Origin: Haliotis rubra
Taxonomy: Eukaryota
Direction of reading: 5' to 3'
DNA length: 64,000 nt
NCBI RefSeq assembly: GCF_003918875.1
Contig: NW_025766969.1
Coordinates: 2,232,001 to 2,296,000, forward strand
Part shown: positions 53,101 through 64,000 of the stretch, piece by piece
Layout: each line of letters starts with the position of its first letter
How positions within the stretch are numbered: the stretch's first letter is position 1
The notes under the pieces: generated by a model
Seen by the model: only the letters and a program-made list of their open reading frames with translations
Told to the model about the DNA's origin: nothing
The model's database searches: none
Translations under genes and position numbers: made by a program

Positions 53101-54265
53101 ATAGGTGTAGTTGTTATAGTTTTTCAAATGGTCTTGATAAAGGATTCTGGATTTGTAATGTCTGTTTTGTGATTGCAAATATTTAATCATGTGAAGTAAA
53201 CTATTGAATACTTTGTTTCAGAATGCCACCAGGAAAATGAGATCCGAGCACGTGATCCAATCCGATGTCGTGAGTGTGGCTACAGAATAATGTACAAGAA
53301 GAGAACAAAAAGAAGTATCCTTTGTTTTAACAGTGTTATTCATTCAAACTAATTTTTTGGTCTCGATAGCACACTACCAACTGTTTGGCCCCCAGTAAGT
53401 TATTGCCATAAGAAGTCGACTCAATTAGATCAGGTGGTGAGACTCTTTGTCTGAATGTAGGTCACATTGCTCTAGTGGTGTTGATTGTGGCTGCTGGCTC
53501 CAGTCACTGACTTGTCTGGTCCAGACAATTAATTTCAGACTGCCATGGTATTGGTTTGAAATAAAAACATTCACTTACTCCTTCAGTGAATTCAGCTGAA
53601 TTGTTAGTGCATGTAAACTGTAGTGTGAACATTTTCAGGAAAGTATATATTCTATGAAACATCACCACTACTGCCATTAATCAAGTAAGCAAGTATATTT
53701 ACAAACAATAATTTATTATTATGTTACATAAGTAGAGTTTTGCCAATTCATGTAAGACATCACAAATATGAATGAAATATTCGATTTTTTTATTTTGGGT
53801 GTAAACATTAAGTGTTATTACTGTAAAATGTTTGAGTATGGTGTTCACAGATGCTAACTCACAGCTGGCTGACTGGTTATTAGTTTAAGCTTTCTTGCTC
53901 TTATTGTTAACTGAATAATCCAAAGTATTTTAGCAAATAAACTCAATCTTTTAACATCTCTTGTGCAGGCGATGCATATGTATACATAGCTGAGACTAGA
54001 ACTGATCCATATCTGTGATTTGATCTTTTAGATCTGCAAACCAAACACTGATTTAGTCAGTTATATGATTTCAGGTTTCACCTAAACTGGTAAGAATCAC
54101 TACAACTCACATCAGGTTATTATCTCCAGCATTTAACTGATTTAAGAGCATGGGATTTAACTGCAATGCTTTTGAAATCAGTGTAAATCCAAATTCAGTC
54201 TGAAAAGTGTATGGATGTTTTACTTCCTTAACCATTTCTCAGTGATTGTATTTGATGCTAGGTGA
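50127..54265 (+). CDS. POLR2K: RNA polymerases I/II/III subunit RPABC4 (Rpb12); 3 coding exons, 61 aa
   Basis: Exons 50127-50196, 53222-53314, 54243-54265 give [61 protein letters not shown]. Confidence 0.97.
52430..52715. repeat. ~159-bp tandem duplication in a POLR2K intron
   Basis: caaatgat.catgaagatcatagcgttgggagacacagatggtggtat occurs at 52435 and 52594. Confidence 0.85.
53315..54242 (+). other. U12-type (minor spliceosome) GT-AG intron of POLR2K
   Basis: 5' splice site GTATCCTTT at 53315 and branch site TTCCTTAAC at 54224-54232, 10 nt before the end of the intron. Confidence 0.93.
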
Positions 54266-56932
54266 AGACTGCAGATATCTCTTTTCATCATTTATCATCT
54301 TGGTGATCCTGTACAAGTCATCTTAAGCCTGCGGCTGCCTCCATCATCTGTTCTAATGGTCATTCTTTACCTGATGCCAAGGGGGGTGGGGTGTTAGTAT
54401 TTGCATGTTTCTGTTAGTTGCAATAAGATGGTAATTCTTCTAAATCAGTCAAATAGGTCATTTTAAGAAAATATACTTGTGAGATATGTCTGATGTGTAC
54501 TGTAGGCATATGTTTTATGTACAAGTAGTAAATTGTATAAATCATCAGGGAAATAGTCATGGTTCTTCAAGAAGGTATATGAGAGATAACTATGATGCAA
54601 TGTGTGTGAACTGCAGATACAGGAGAGATAACATAATAATCATTGTAAATCTCCCAAGAAGCAGTGAATGCCTTTTGACACAACACAGGAAATACCTTCA
54701 ACACCAGCTTTCCATGCCTTTATATAAGAACATGTTTCTGGTTTATTGGCTTCTTTTAGACATATTATATTATATTTTGGTCTGATTATCTATCTAAAGA
54801 AAAGCTCATGAAGATTGGGTTAAATCAATGTCAGTGGATCTGGCTAGCTATTCTCGAAACGTTCGCAGCCCTATGAACTTCTTAAGCCCATTCTTAACAC
54901 ATTGGCTACAATCAAAGTTAAGAATACTTATGGCTACGAACGTTATGAGAATAAGGGCCCAGGATTCCAACTGCAAGATCAAGTAATACTTGCACATGCT
55001 CTTGTAAAACATTAATTTGCATTATGTCTGTTTTCAATGTATTTCTTACAAAATATTCATGTCTGTCATCAAAGTGTAAATAAATCCTTATCATTTATTG
55101 CTGTTTTGTGTGTTACGTGTTGTCAAGAATTTTGGAACACCTGAAGTTTCTTTCAGTGTGTTGAGAGGTGGAAAAGCTGAGTCATTTCTCCAACCATAGT
55201 TTTAGCTACTGTAATGTACTTTGGACACAGCTGATCTCTGGGCTCCAACATTATTAGTTGAGCTAATGCATCTTTGTGAATTATTTGACAGTTGATGCTG
55301 AGAAAACAATGCTTGTGACTGGCTAAAATGTGAATATATGACCAGACTACTTGTGTTTCATTGTACCGGATTGGTAGGTTGCTCATGTTATCAACCACGT
55401 CAGTTTATTATGTAAGCTCAAGGACATGGGTTGCTCAGTCAGCGGAAATGTTGGCCATGGGGGATACTAGAAACCTACTGTTGTGGGTTCGAATCCTGGT
55501 TCACCCTGATTATGTCTTTTGGTTTGTCAGCACACTACCGTTTCACCAAAGCGGTCAAGAGCTGAGACCTGCTTCACTGTCAGCTTTCCTCGACATGAAG
55601 ATGTAACTGGAATAACGTTAAAATCAGTATTTAACCCAACCCAATCACTCAGATGCAAAATCCCTTATTGAAATATCACCTTGATATAGGTGTGATATGC
55701 TGACTGAAATGTTCATTTATTCGCTCAATGACTTGGTGAAGCAAGTGTGATGTTTCCATACTTCAGATTATCTTTTTGGTTCTCATACATAATGATTAGG
55801 TGTGTAACTGTATTGTATTACAACACCCTCCAACACCCACCACAGATGACTGATATTGCACCAACTTTTAACCAAGCGATCTTGGCGCAAAGATGATCGC
55901 AACGCCAAGCCAAGAGCCACGATGTCAAAATATTTATTTCTGGAACATTTACTTTTAACAGGCGATGTTTTTAGGTTGAAGTAAAATGTTTTGCTATGGA
56001 TCTTTTTTGGTTAAAATCGTATTTGACTCTGAATAGTATAGGGAACTTTACGAGATTTGTGTGTGTAACACATAGATGGGTCTAGGGAACTTTACGAGAT
56101 TCGTGTGTGTAACATAGATGGGTCCAGGAATTTTCAAGGTGAACCCCCTGAACCCCCCTCTGGATCCGCCATTAGATTACCAATAGAAAACAGATACATG
56201 TAGAATACAACTGAATCATTTTGTGTCGGTAAAAGTACCCAGACAGCTGTGATCTACAACACAACCTGTCAACACCTGTCTTCAACCCACGCCGGGAGTT
56301 ACGAGGCCTATCTAACATTCTGTTTCAATTGACGAATGGGGGTCATGTCAAAAGCCACTTGGATGAATCGGAGCAGAGTAAAGGGAGCATCGTTGACGGT
56401 TGCTTGCATTATGTTGACCTATCACAGTTTTAAACCTATAGAATATGTATATCAATTCGTCGTTCTTGTGGTCGACTGTGGGTAATTTATTTCGTTTACA
56501 ATGTACAATTCAAACGGGGGACAAATGTGTTTGAAATGTCCCCGTATGGTGTCCCTTTATCAGACAGTAATCTGTTGTAAAAACAAGGTATCTCCTCAAA
56601 GGTGGGAAAACCCCTTAAGCTAATCTTAATCCGGATTATTACTTGAGGGAAGATATAGATTAGAAAGTTCAAAGGTTAGGAAAATATACGTTTATTAACA
56701 TAATCCCAAACAGCGGATGTCCGAAGCAACAGTAAAAAGAAGTTGAGTCCCGTCTGACCAGTTAGGTAAAGACCTGTAATTAAATATTGACCTGTTTGAC
56801 CAAAGACTATAGATTGACAGATGTGGCATCTGTCCTTCCGCGTGAAAAAAACATTGCTGGAAGCGTTTGTAAAATACTTACTCTCCTCATGGAATATTCT
56901 TCCGTATCTCTTAATGGTTCTATTAATTAATT

Positions 56933-57128
56933 GAGTGAGTGAGTGTAGTTTTACGCCGCACTCAGCAATATTCCAGCTATATGGCGTCCCTCTGTAAATA
57001 ATCGTGTCTGGACCAGACAATCCAGTGATTGTCAGCGAGCCTGACCACCCGATCCGGTTAGTCGCTTCTTACGACAAGCATGGGTTACTGAAGGTTCATT
57101 CTAAGTTCTAACCCGGACCTTCACGGGT
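56933..57128 (-). mobile_element. SINE family B copy with internal deletion
   Basis: Reverse complement of acccgtgaag...aacccatgcttgtcgtaagaagcgactaaccggatcgggtggtcaggctcgctgac...(actc)n. Confidence 0.85.
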
Positions 57129-58114
57129 ATATTAATTAATTGATTTAAACATGATGCAGTAATGCAAGTCCTGAAACGAAGTAAATTAAGCTTATGCTTA
57201 CTTGATGGTGGAAATTTCTTGTATTCCATTCACAAACGCCAAGTAATGATGTAAAATGTCACACGGAAGACTTTCAATGTTTTAAATTTGGTTAATTGTT
57301 TCTTAATGTATAATGCAGTGAGTAGGTGTAATTTTATGACACACGGCATTTGAGTTCAAAGCCAAATGTCAGCACAGCGGGATCCCCTCCTCAGCTTCTG
57401 TTTGTTCAGAGTGATGCGTAGCGCTTGGCGTTAGCATCTTGACACTGAATCTCAATTGTTAATTGTGACGGGAATTATCTGATGTAGACATTTACAATAA
57501 TGTCCCCAAATAATCTCCAACAGTACCATCATGAAGATGCAAGGGGTACAAGTCCAACAATACCCTCCTGAATCTATTATACTACCAACAGGAATAAGAG
57601 AGTTGATAAAATATAAGTGAAGGTGTAATGACGATGAGGTGTGACGATCAATATCTGGCGTGTCCCCCATGCTGGTCGCTATATGTTCGACACTTTGATG
57701 TCATATTGTTCATGAACTTATTTATATATATATAATATTTATATATTATCAATCACCATCAAAAACGTCAAAAGATGGTATACTTGCTGCTCCGTCCGTC
57801 GTTCGACATTAAGGGGTGTATGACGAAGATTTCAAAATAAAAACCCCCAGTATGATTTGATATTGTTAATGAAATAAATAATATTTCGATAAATAACTAG
57901 GGATAAATTAAGTATGTGTAATAGACAAAACAAAAACCATAAAGAACAATAAGTTGCAATTTACAAAAACGGGTTTCCGTGCTCTCAAAAGACGGCGGGC
58001 TCACAACCACAAATCTGAATCAACTACATTGAAACGGGGCACCTGCAGATCAGAGTGACCTCCCTTAGTTCCTGCAAGAGACGATTGTCTTTCAGTCTTG
58101 TTCATTTCAGGGAA

Positions 58115-61100
58115 ATGAGAACGGAGGAGTTGTTTGACGAAGCGGAGAAACTGGAGAGGTTGGGAAAGAGGGATGAGGCATTACAATTTTACACACAGTT
58201 TATTGAAGATGCATCGATAAGGTTGAAAAACCTCAATGACCAAAATGAAAGGAGCGCACTGTAAGTCCTCAGACTCGGAGATGGAGAAATGAAACTATGT
58301 ATACCATCCGCAACAGGCATGTTTTGTTCAACATGTCAGATCTTTGATAATAATTATTTGTTGATTTACAAATCTTCCTATTTGCACCACTAAATATTCC
58401 GTATCTCTAGCTACAAACAACAGTCCCAATCAGCAGGCGTATTTGAGGGGGCAGGCGTATTTGAGGAGGAAGTGTTAATGTTTGTAATTTAAACGTGTCT
58501 TGAATCAATAGGAAAGGAAGGGTTTTAAAATGGTACATTAAACGACTGACATTCATTATTTGTCAGCATAGTTTTTTTGAATATGGAATGTGTTCTGCTT
58601 GACTATTATACATGACATCTGTGACACTTGTCCTGTTTGACGTAGACATATATTATATAGGGCAGTACGTATACAAATATAGATATGTAAACAACATATT
58701 CAGTTTATCATGAACTTTATCCTTAAGACTGAGCGACGATATTATTGTAGTTACACATCTGAGGTCATGTCCTGATTCAAAATTAGACATGTAGACAAAG
58801 ATGACATGTATTTATGCTAAATGTGAATTGTAAGGTAGTATTTTCTGATTGAAGGTTATCTTAAATGACTTTGATGTGATTAATCAGTGAGGTGTACACC
58901 TTTTTGCGTGAATTGTGTAGTGGTTTGGCTATTTTGAATTCCCAATATTATTCAATAATAAGTACAGGGTTATTTTCAAAATGACCACGAACACATTGTT
59001 CAACATGTCCATCGAAGACGACCAACTGATCACACATTTGGTATGTTTTGCACCTGATATTTCATAACAAATATCTGTAACAGTTGTTTAGGCATGTGAT
59101 CAGTTGATAGCACATAGCACAGTTCCAACAACACCAACAGGGTTGTATATTTAAGTTCATTTTGAATCAGATTTCCGCTGACTTCAATGTCTTCACTGTC
59201 ATTAAGGGAGATGCAGTGGTGCTCCCGTGGGTGCTAACATCACAAAGAAACTCAGAGTAAGACTCACTGCTGACAAGCTAGATAATCGTTTCTGCTCATT
59301 CCTTGTATGTCTGATGAATCCATGTTTATGAGTGAGTTAGTTTAGTTTTACGCAACATCACGGCGGGAAATATCAGAAATGGGCTTTGCACATTGTACAA
59401 TGTGGGGAATCGACCCTGGGTCTTCGGCATGAAACAGTGAACACTTTAACCATTAGGCTATCCCTCCGCCTCCATGCTTGTATGAGTCAAGAACATGCTG
59501 ATATTTATGCACAAATTTGCTACACTTTAGACACTTAAAACCGTGGTGAATGGCAAGTGATACAAGTAAATACAAGTGAATACAAGTGAATACAAGTGAT
59601 CTGCTTCACACTATTCTTACATCCAGCATCCTTTCTCTGAGTCAGTCTAGTCAGTTTTTTCAATCACCACAGTATCAAAGGATGTGTTATCAAAAGCATA
59701 TAAACAGCTGGATTAGTAAAGACAATACACACAGGTATCACTAACATTCAAATGTTATGTGTTATATATTTGATTAGTGAAATGTGTAGAACTAATGATT
59801 GAAACTGATGCTTTTTATATTTTATGTAATATTTCATGTGGCCACTTTGTTTTTTTCGGTTATCGGACAATCTGACAAAGGTATATGTGACCATTTTCAC
59901 CTGTTACTACTCTCATTTGTACTGTGTACAGTTGTATAGGTAATATGTCATTGTAGTATGATGAGGAAGGACTGAAGTCCTTCCTTGAAAATCTCAGGAG
60001 TCAAGCTGCCAAACACGGTCACCCATCCAAGGACTCTCCGCGAAACAACATTGCTTAACTTCAACTGATGTGTGACCTGAGCTCTATGCACAGAACCACA
60101 CACCACCATCACATTAGTTACATCTATTATGACATGCATTATGAAATTAGCAATGCTGTATTTTAATTTTTTTTCTACTGATATTTGCTGCAGACCTATT
60201 GTTCTAGAAAAAACAAACAATCAATGAAGCATGAATGGGTTGATGCTTGTACATGTACAAGTATATATAGTGGCTAACACTTGTCAGCAATTTAGATGCC
60301 ACGCCATGATTTGGCTAGTAGTGACACATGTGTGTGCATGATAGGGAAACTAGTTATACAAAAAGTACAGGTATTTGGTATTGACAAGCTTTAATATGTT
60401 ATTTTATTTTATGGTATGCGAAAGAGTTCAAGCCATTGTTAGTTTGATCTTGTTGACTGACCCAAATTTACTCTACATTTCAATTTGATCACTTCTCATT
60501 CCAAATGATTGATGACTGAATCCTTGATTTTTCTATATCTTGTTTCAATTGTAAACTGTGATTGAATTCTGAATTCATATACATTTCTTCATCTTTTCAG
60601 TCAGAAAAAGCTTGGACTTGCTTACAACAATCGTGGATTTATCCTGTACCAGAAAGTGGATTTTGATGAAGCGATTAATGACTATACAAGAGGTCTAGGC
60701 TGTGACCAACATATGTCCTTCACCTTCTACAACCGTGGGCTTATACACTACCGACTTGGTAGGGTGCTGTCTTAAAGAAGCGTATTGTTTTGAAGGGTTG
60801 CTGGAATAGCCTATTGGTTAAAGCTGGACTTGCCCAGCGGAAGACCTTGGTTTGTTTATATGGTAGAATATGTGAAACTCTTTTAAAGTGGCCAGAGGTA
60901 TGATCTTTTGAAAAAAATAAATAAATGTTTTTATTCCATATATGCATCAGGGAAAAAGGAAAACATCTTTTCATTGCTTCTGGTGACTGTTGAATAACAC
61001 TTCCCACAGCACTATAGTGACTTTAGTTTTACACCACTTTTAGCAATAATCGAGTAATATCATGGTGGGAATACGCCAGAAATGGGCTTCACATATAATA

Positions 61101-62376
61101 CCTATGTGGGGAATCAAACATGGGTCTTCAGCACGACAAGCGAACGCTTTAACCACTAGGCTTCCCCATCACTATAACAAGTTATCTGGGTTCTTAGAAA
61201 GTTTTTAAGGGGATGGTATGTCCTATCAGAGACCATATAATCTATTATATGGTCTCTGGTCCTATTCAGACCATTCACAATGGACACTGATGAAGGACAG
61301 TCATTTTCAATAATATTTACAATCCAAAAGTGTATCCCTTCTTCACTGCTATTTTAAGTAATAATTCCAAAATAACCAAAAACAAATGGATTATGATGTT
61401 GGGTGCTTATAAAATTACTCTCAGGTTCATTTTACTGGATGTTTGTAAACATTCTTACAGGTTGGTAAGAGAAATATTGGAGCAGGTGGCTTGATACAGG
61501 AAATATGATCTATTATTTCATGCCTGAGAAAGCAAGGACATTGTCCAAGATCTGTTTACTTTCCATATTACACCAGTTGCATGTGTTGTTTATTACCACA
61601 GTAAGCGCACATGTTGTTCTTTGTTCTTCATTTCTGTATTTCTGTTGTGTATTTGTGAACAGTTCTTGTATTCATATGTTTAACTTTTCAAAAATGTTAT
61701 CCAGATTCCCTATTGTTTTTTTATAACATGATTGTACTGACAATTCTTATTGCTTTAATAACATAAAAAGTGTTGGTTTTGTTTACTTCATGTTGTCAAT
61801 ATGAAAACATTCATTCACTTGAACCTTGTTAATTTTGAATTATATCATACTCTGAGCATGTTACATTTTGTGATTGAATATGATTGGTATAGCTAAATGA
61901 TTATCTTGTGCACATCGCCAGTACTTTAAAAGCATTTTGGTTAATTGTTTAGGAGCACTGTTGATGATGCAGATGTCCTCTTGATACCTAAGGCATTTTA
62001 TGTTTTCCTATTTGTGGTTGGGATTTTTTTACATATCTTTTCACAAATGCCATATAAGATCAATACTTTGATGGGTTTTGTCTTGTGACTAATGCTTTGG
62101 GGTTATCAATTTTGTACATAAAAGTATGTTTAAAATTATTTTTAATTTTTTTTTTTTTTTTTGTATATGCTTTTCCATAAGAATCATCATCACCCCACCC
62201 CCCGAGCCATAAATTATGATTGGTCCCTTAGCTTGTAATTAATTTGAGGATGGGATGGGGGATCAATTATAGCTACCCTGAACTGAAAATCATTTTCATG
62301 TGTCATGCTTTTGAGATAATTTAAGAATGTATTCCTCATTTTTTCAGAAAAGACCCAAATTGTTCTTACATAATTT

Positions 62377-62417
<41 letters not shown>

Positions 62418-62668
62418 CGTGCGTGCGTGCGTGCGTGCGTGTGGTGTGTGTGTGTGAACGGTCCCTGAAAGACTATATACTGAGTAATAACAACGAGGAG
62501 TACTTCTCTCTTCATCCTGGCCTGCATTTTGTTGTAGGGAGGTTTGATGAAGCAATCAGTGACATGAAGCAAGCCCTGTCTATTGATCCGGAGTTTGAGT
62601 CAGCACAGATCTGTCTCAAACAGTCAATGGACGATCTCAACAAGAGAAAGACAAACATCCACACCTGA
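58115..62668 (+). CDS. TTC32: Tetratricopeptide repeat protein 32; 3 coding exons, about 144 aa
   Basis: Exons 58115-58260, 60601-60758, 62538-62668 are in phase. LAYNNRGFILYQKVDFDEAINDYT...FYNRGLIHYRLGRFDEAISDMKQALSIDPEFESAQICLKQS matches my recollection of vertebrate TTC32 (AYNNRG..Y.RVDF.EA.DDYT..YYNRGLI.YRLG.FD). Confidence 0.9.
59328..59470 (-). mobile_element. Degenerate SINE family A
   Basis: Reverse complement of the 10042-10207 element. Confidence 0.75.
59966..60106 (-). mobile_element. 5' (5S-like) part of SINE family C
   Basis: On the - strand ctgtgcatagagctcaggtcacacatcagttgaagttaagcaatg...ccttggatgggtgaccgtgtttggcagcttgactcctgag, matching 30459-30590. Confidence 0.8.
61016..61170 (-). 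mobile_element. SINE family A copy
   Basis: Reverse complement of gcctagtggttaaagcgttcgct...tgtgaagcccatttctgg...ttgctaaaagtggtgtaaaac. Confidence 0.8.
61227..61258. mobile_element. 32-bp palindromic transposon footprint / minimal element with 7-bp TSD
   Basis: gtcctat-[cagagaccatataat ct attatatggtctctg]-gtcctat. Confidence 0.75.
62378..62456. repeat. (GT)n/(GCGT)n microsatellite
   Basis: Direct reading of the sequence. Confidence 0.95.
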
Positions 62669-64000
62669 TGGTAACTCGACCTGCAGCTAAAGGGAGATAA
62701 CTGGTCAGACTGAAGGGAGATAACTGTCTTGATTGTTGAATGTGCCAAGATGTCATTTTCAATTGATCAACATTGTGTTAAGTTTACAGAAGTTGTGAAA
62801 AACAAACAGCTGGACAATTTCTGTTTCTCAGAGATGGGGTTCATTCATGAAGATCTGTTACAGGGAAAATGACCTTTTGGATTTTTTTAAGAATAGGCCA
62901 GAAATGGATCTATTTGGCTAAAGATGTCAGCCAACAGATTTATTGTAGGTCCAGAAACATTTTGACCTTTTCCCCAGGAACAGCTCATGCTGAACACGAA
63001 AAAGATGTTAATGTTGAATTGTACTGTGGTAGACTGTAATGTGAACACTGTTTGTTACAACCTAGTTCAGCTCAGTGGTCTAGGAAACACGTTTAATGGA
63101 TTTGTGGTAATTATAGTTGATGTTACACTAAAGGAGGCAGTGTGATAATGTTAAACATCAAGAAGCTTAAGGAAGAGGGAGTATGGATGACTAAGTCATC
63201 CAAGGTGCATCAATTCACATCCGTTACAGCCCTTACCAGTGCCTGGATCACTTGGTGTGAGTTGGATCCCAGATCCTGCCTGAAAACACCATACTTATGG
63301 ATTTTCCTAAGTATTCCTGCCACATGGCATAAACTGAAATAAGTTTCAGAGCATTCAACCAATATCTGCAGGGTTGAATCCTGCCATACCAGTGACACTG
63401 CATTGTTGTTTCTATCCCAATCCGTAGGGGTACAGATACACCAGGCATCTTAAAGTGCTACAATTTGCTGTTTGGAGTTATGTCCCTTTGGCACGCCAGA
63501 AATATGATCATGGGTTTGAATTCTGGTTCACCCCAGTTCAGTTCCTAGATTTGCCAGAGTGGTAAACGTGGGAGACCTGCATCACTTTGGGGTTAGCCGA
63601 CATGCCATGATATATCAAAACTACCGTTCGAAGTCGTGTTACACCCAACTCACTCACTTTCCCAGGGTAGAATTCAGCCAAACTCTGTATGTGCACATAG
63701 CTAAAGAGGACTGCACTATTGTTTCAATGCATTTTGACAAGTCTTTTCATGGAGGTCGCTGCCAGTGATCAGTGATTGTTAAGTTTAAAACCGCCCGAGG
63801 TTTAAAATCGCAGACAGTATAGTAATTAGTGATTAATATTAATAATTAATTGACTGTTTTCTACACATTTTAGTTCCGCCGCTCATGCTTAGATAAATTA
63901 CAGTGATGAACCATTCATCCAGTGACCTGCCTCTAGTGATGATTGGATGAGTGAAGTGGGCTGACCAACCTGATCTCATTCTCACATCACAGAATACCAT

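Noticed and set aside
55421-55507. tRNA-like sequence with GGTTCGAATCC
   Set aside because: There is no convincing acceptor stem or cloverleaf. A similar B-box context near 63510-63533 points to a SINE head rather than a tRNA gene.
58115-62668. TPR gene as SPAG1 (human neighbour of POLR2K)
   Set aside because: Its length and motifs fit TTC32, not the much larger SPAG1.

Overview
AT-rich, intron-rich animal genomic DNA. It is probably a mollusc such as abalone, which is inferred only from the SINE repertoire and gene style. Eight spliced genes were rebuilt by hand with GT-AG junctions and checked phases: a tandem-CBM20 starch/glycogen-binding protein (-), a small secreted 12-Cys protein (+), a 185-aa PARP14/NMI-type RRM-only protein (-), MCM3 (-, 21 coding exons), TSEN34 (+), an Emi1/Emi2-type APC/C inhibitor FBXO43/FBXO5 (-), POLR2K (+, with a U12 minor intron) and TTC32 (+). 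MCM3/TSEN34 and FBXO43/POLR2K are head-to-head pairs. Non-genic content includes three SINE families (one with a 5S-rRNA-like head), several MITEs, a deleted Tc1 element, two large 33-bp intronic minisatellites and two N-gaps. Best oddities: a 64-bp tandem array built from the MCM3 stop-codon region; a perfect 13-bp hairpin whose loop holds the TSEN34 UGA stop; single-base frameshifts in MCM3 and FBXO43 (probably consensus errors); a 32-bp P-element-like footprint; and three poorly characterised genes in the first 19 kb. No database search was possible, so every novelty claim is a hypothesis.
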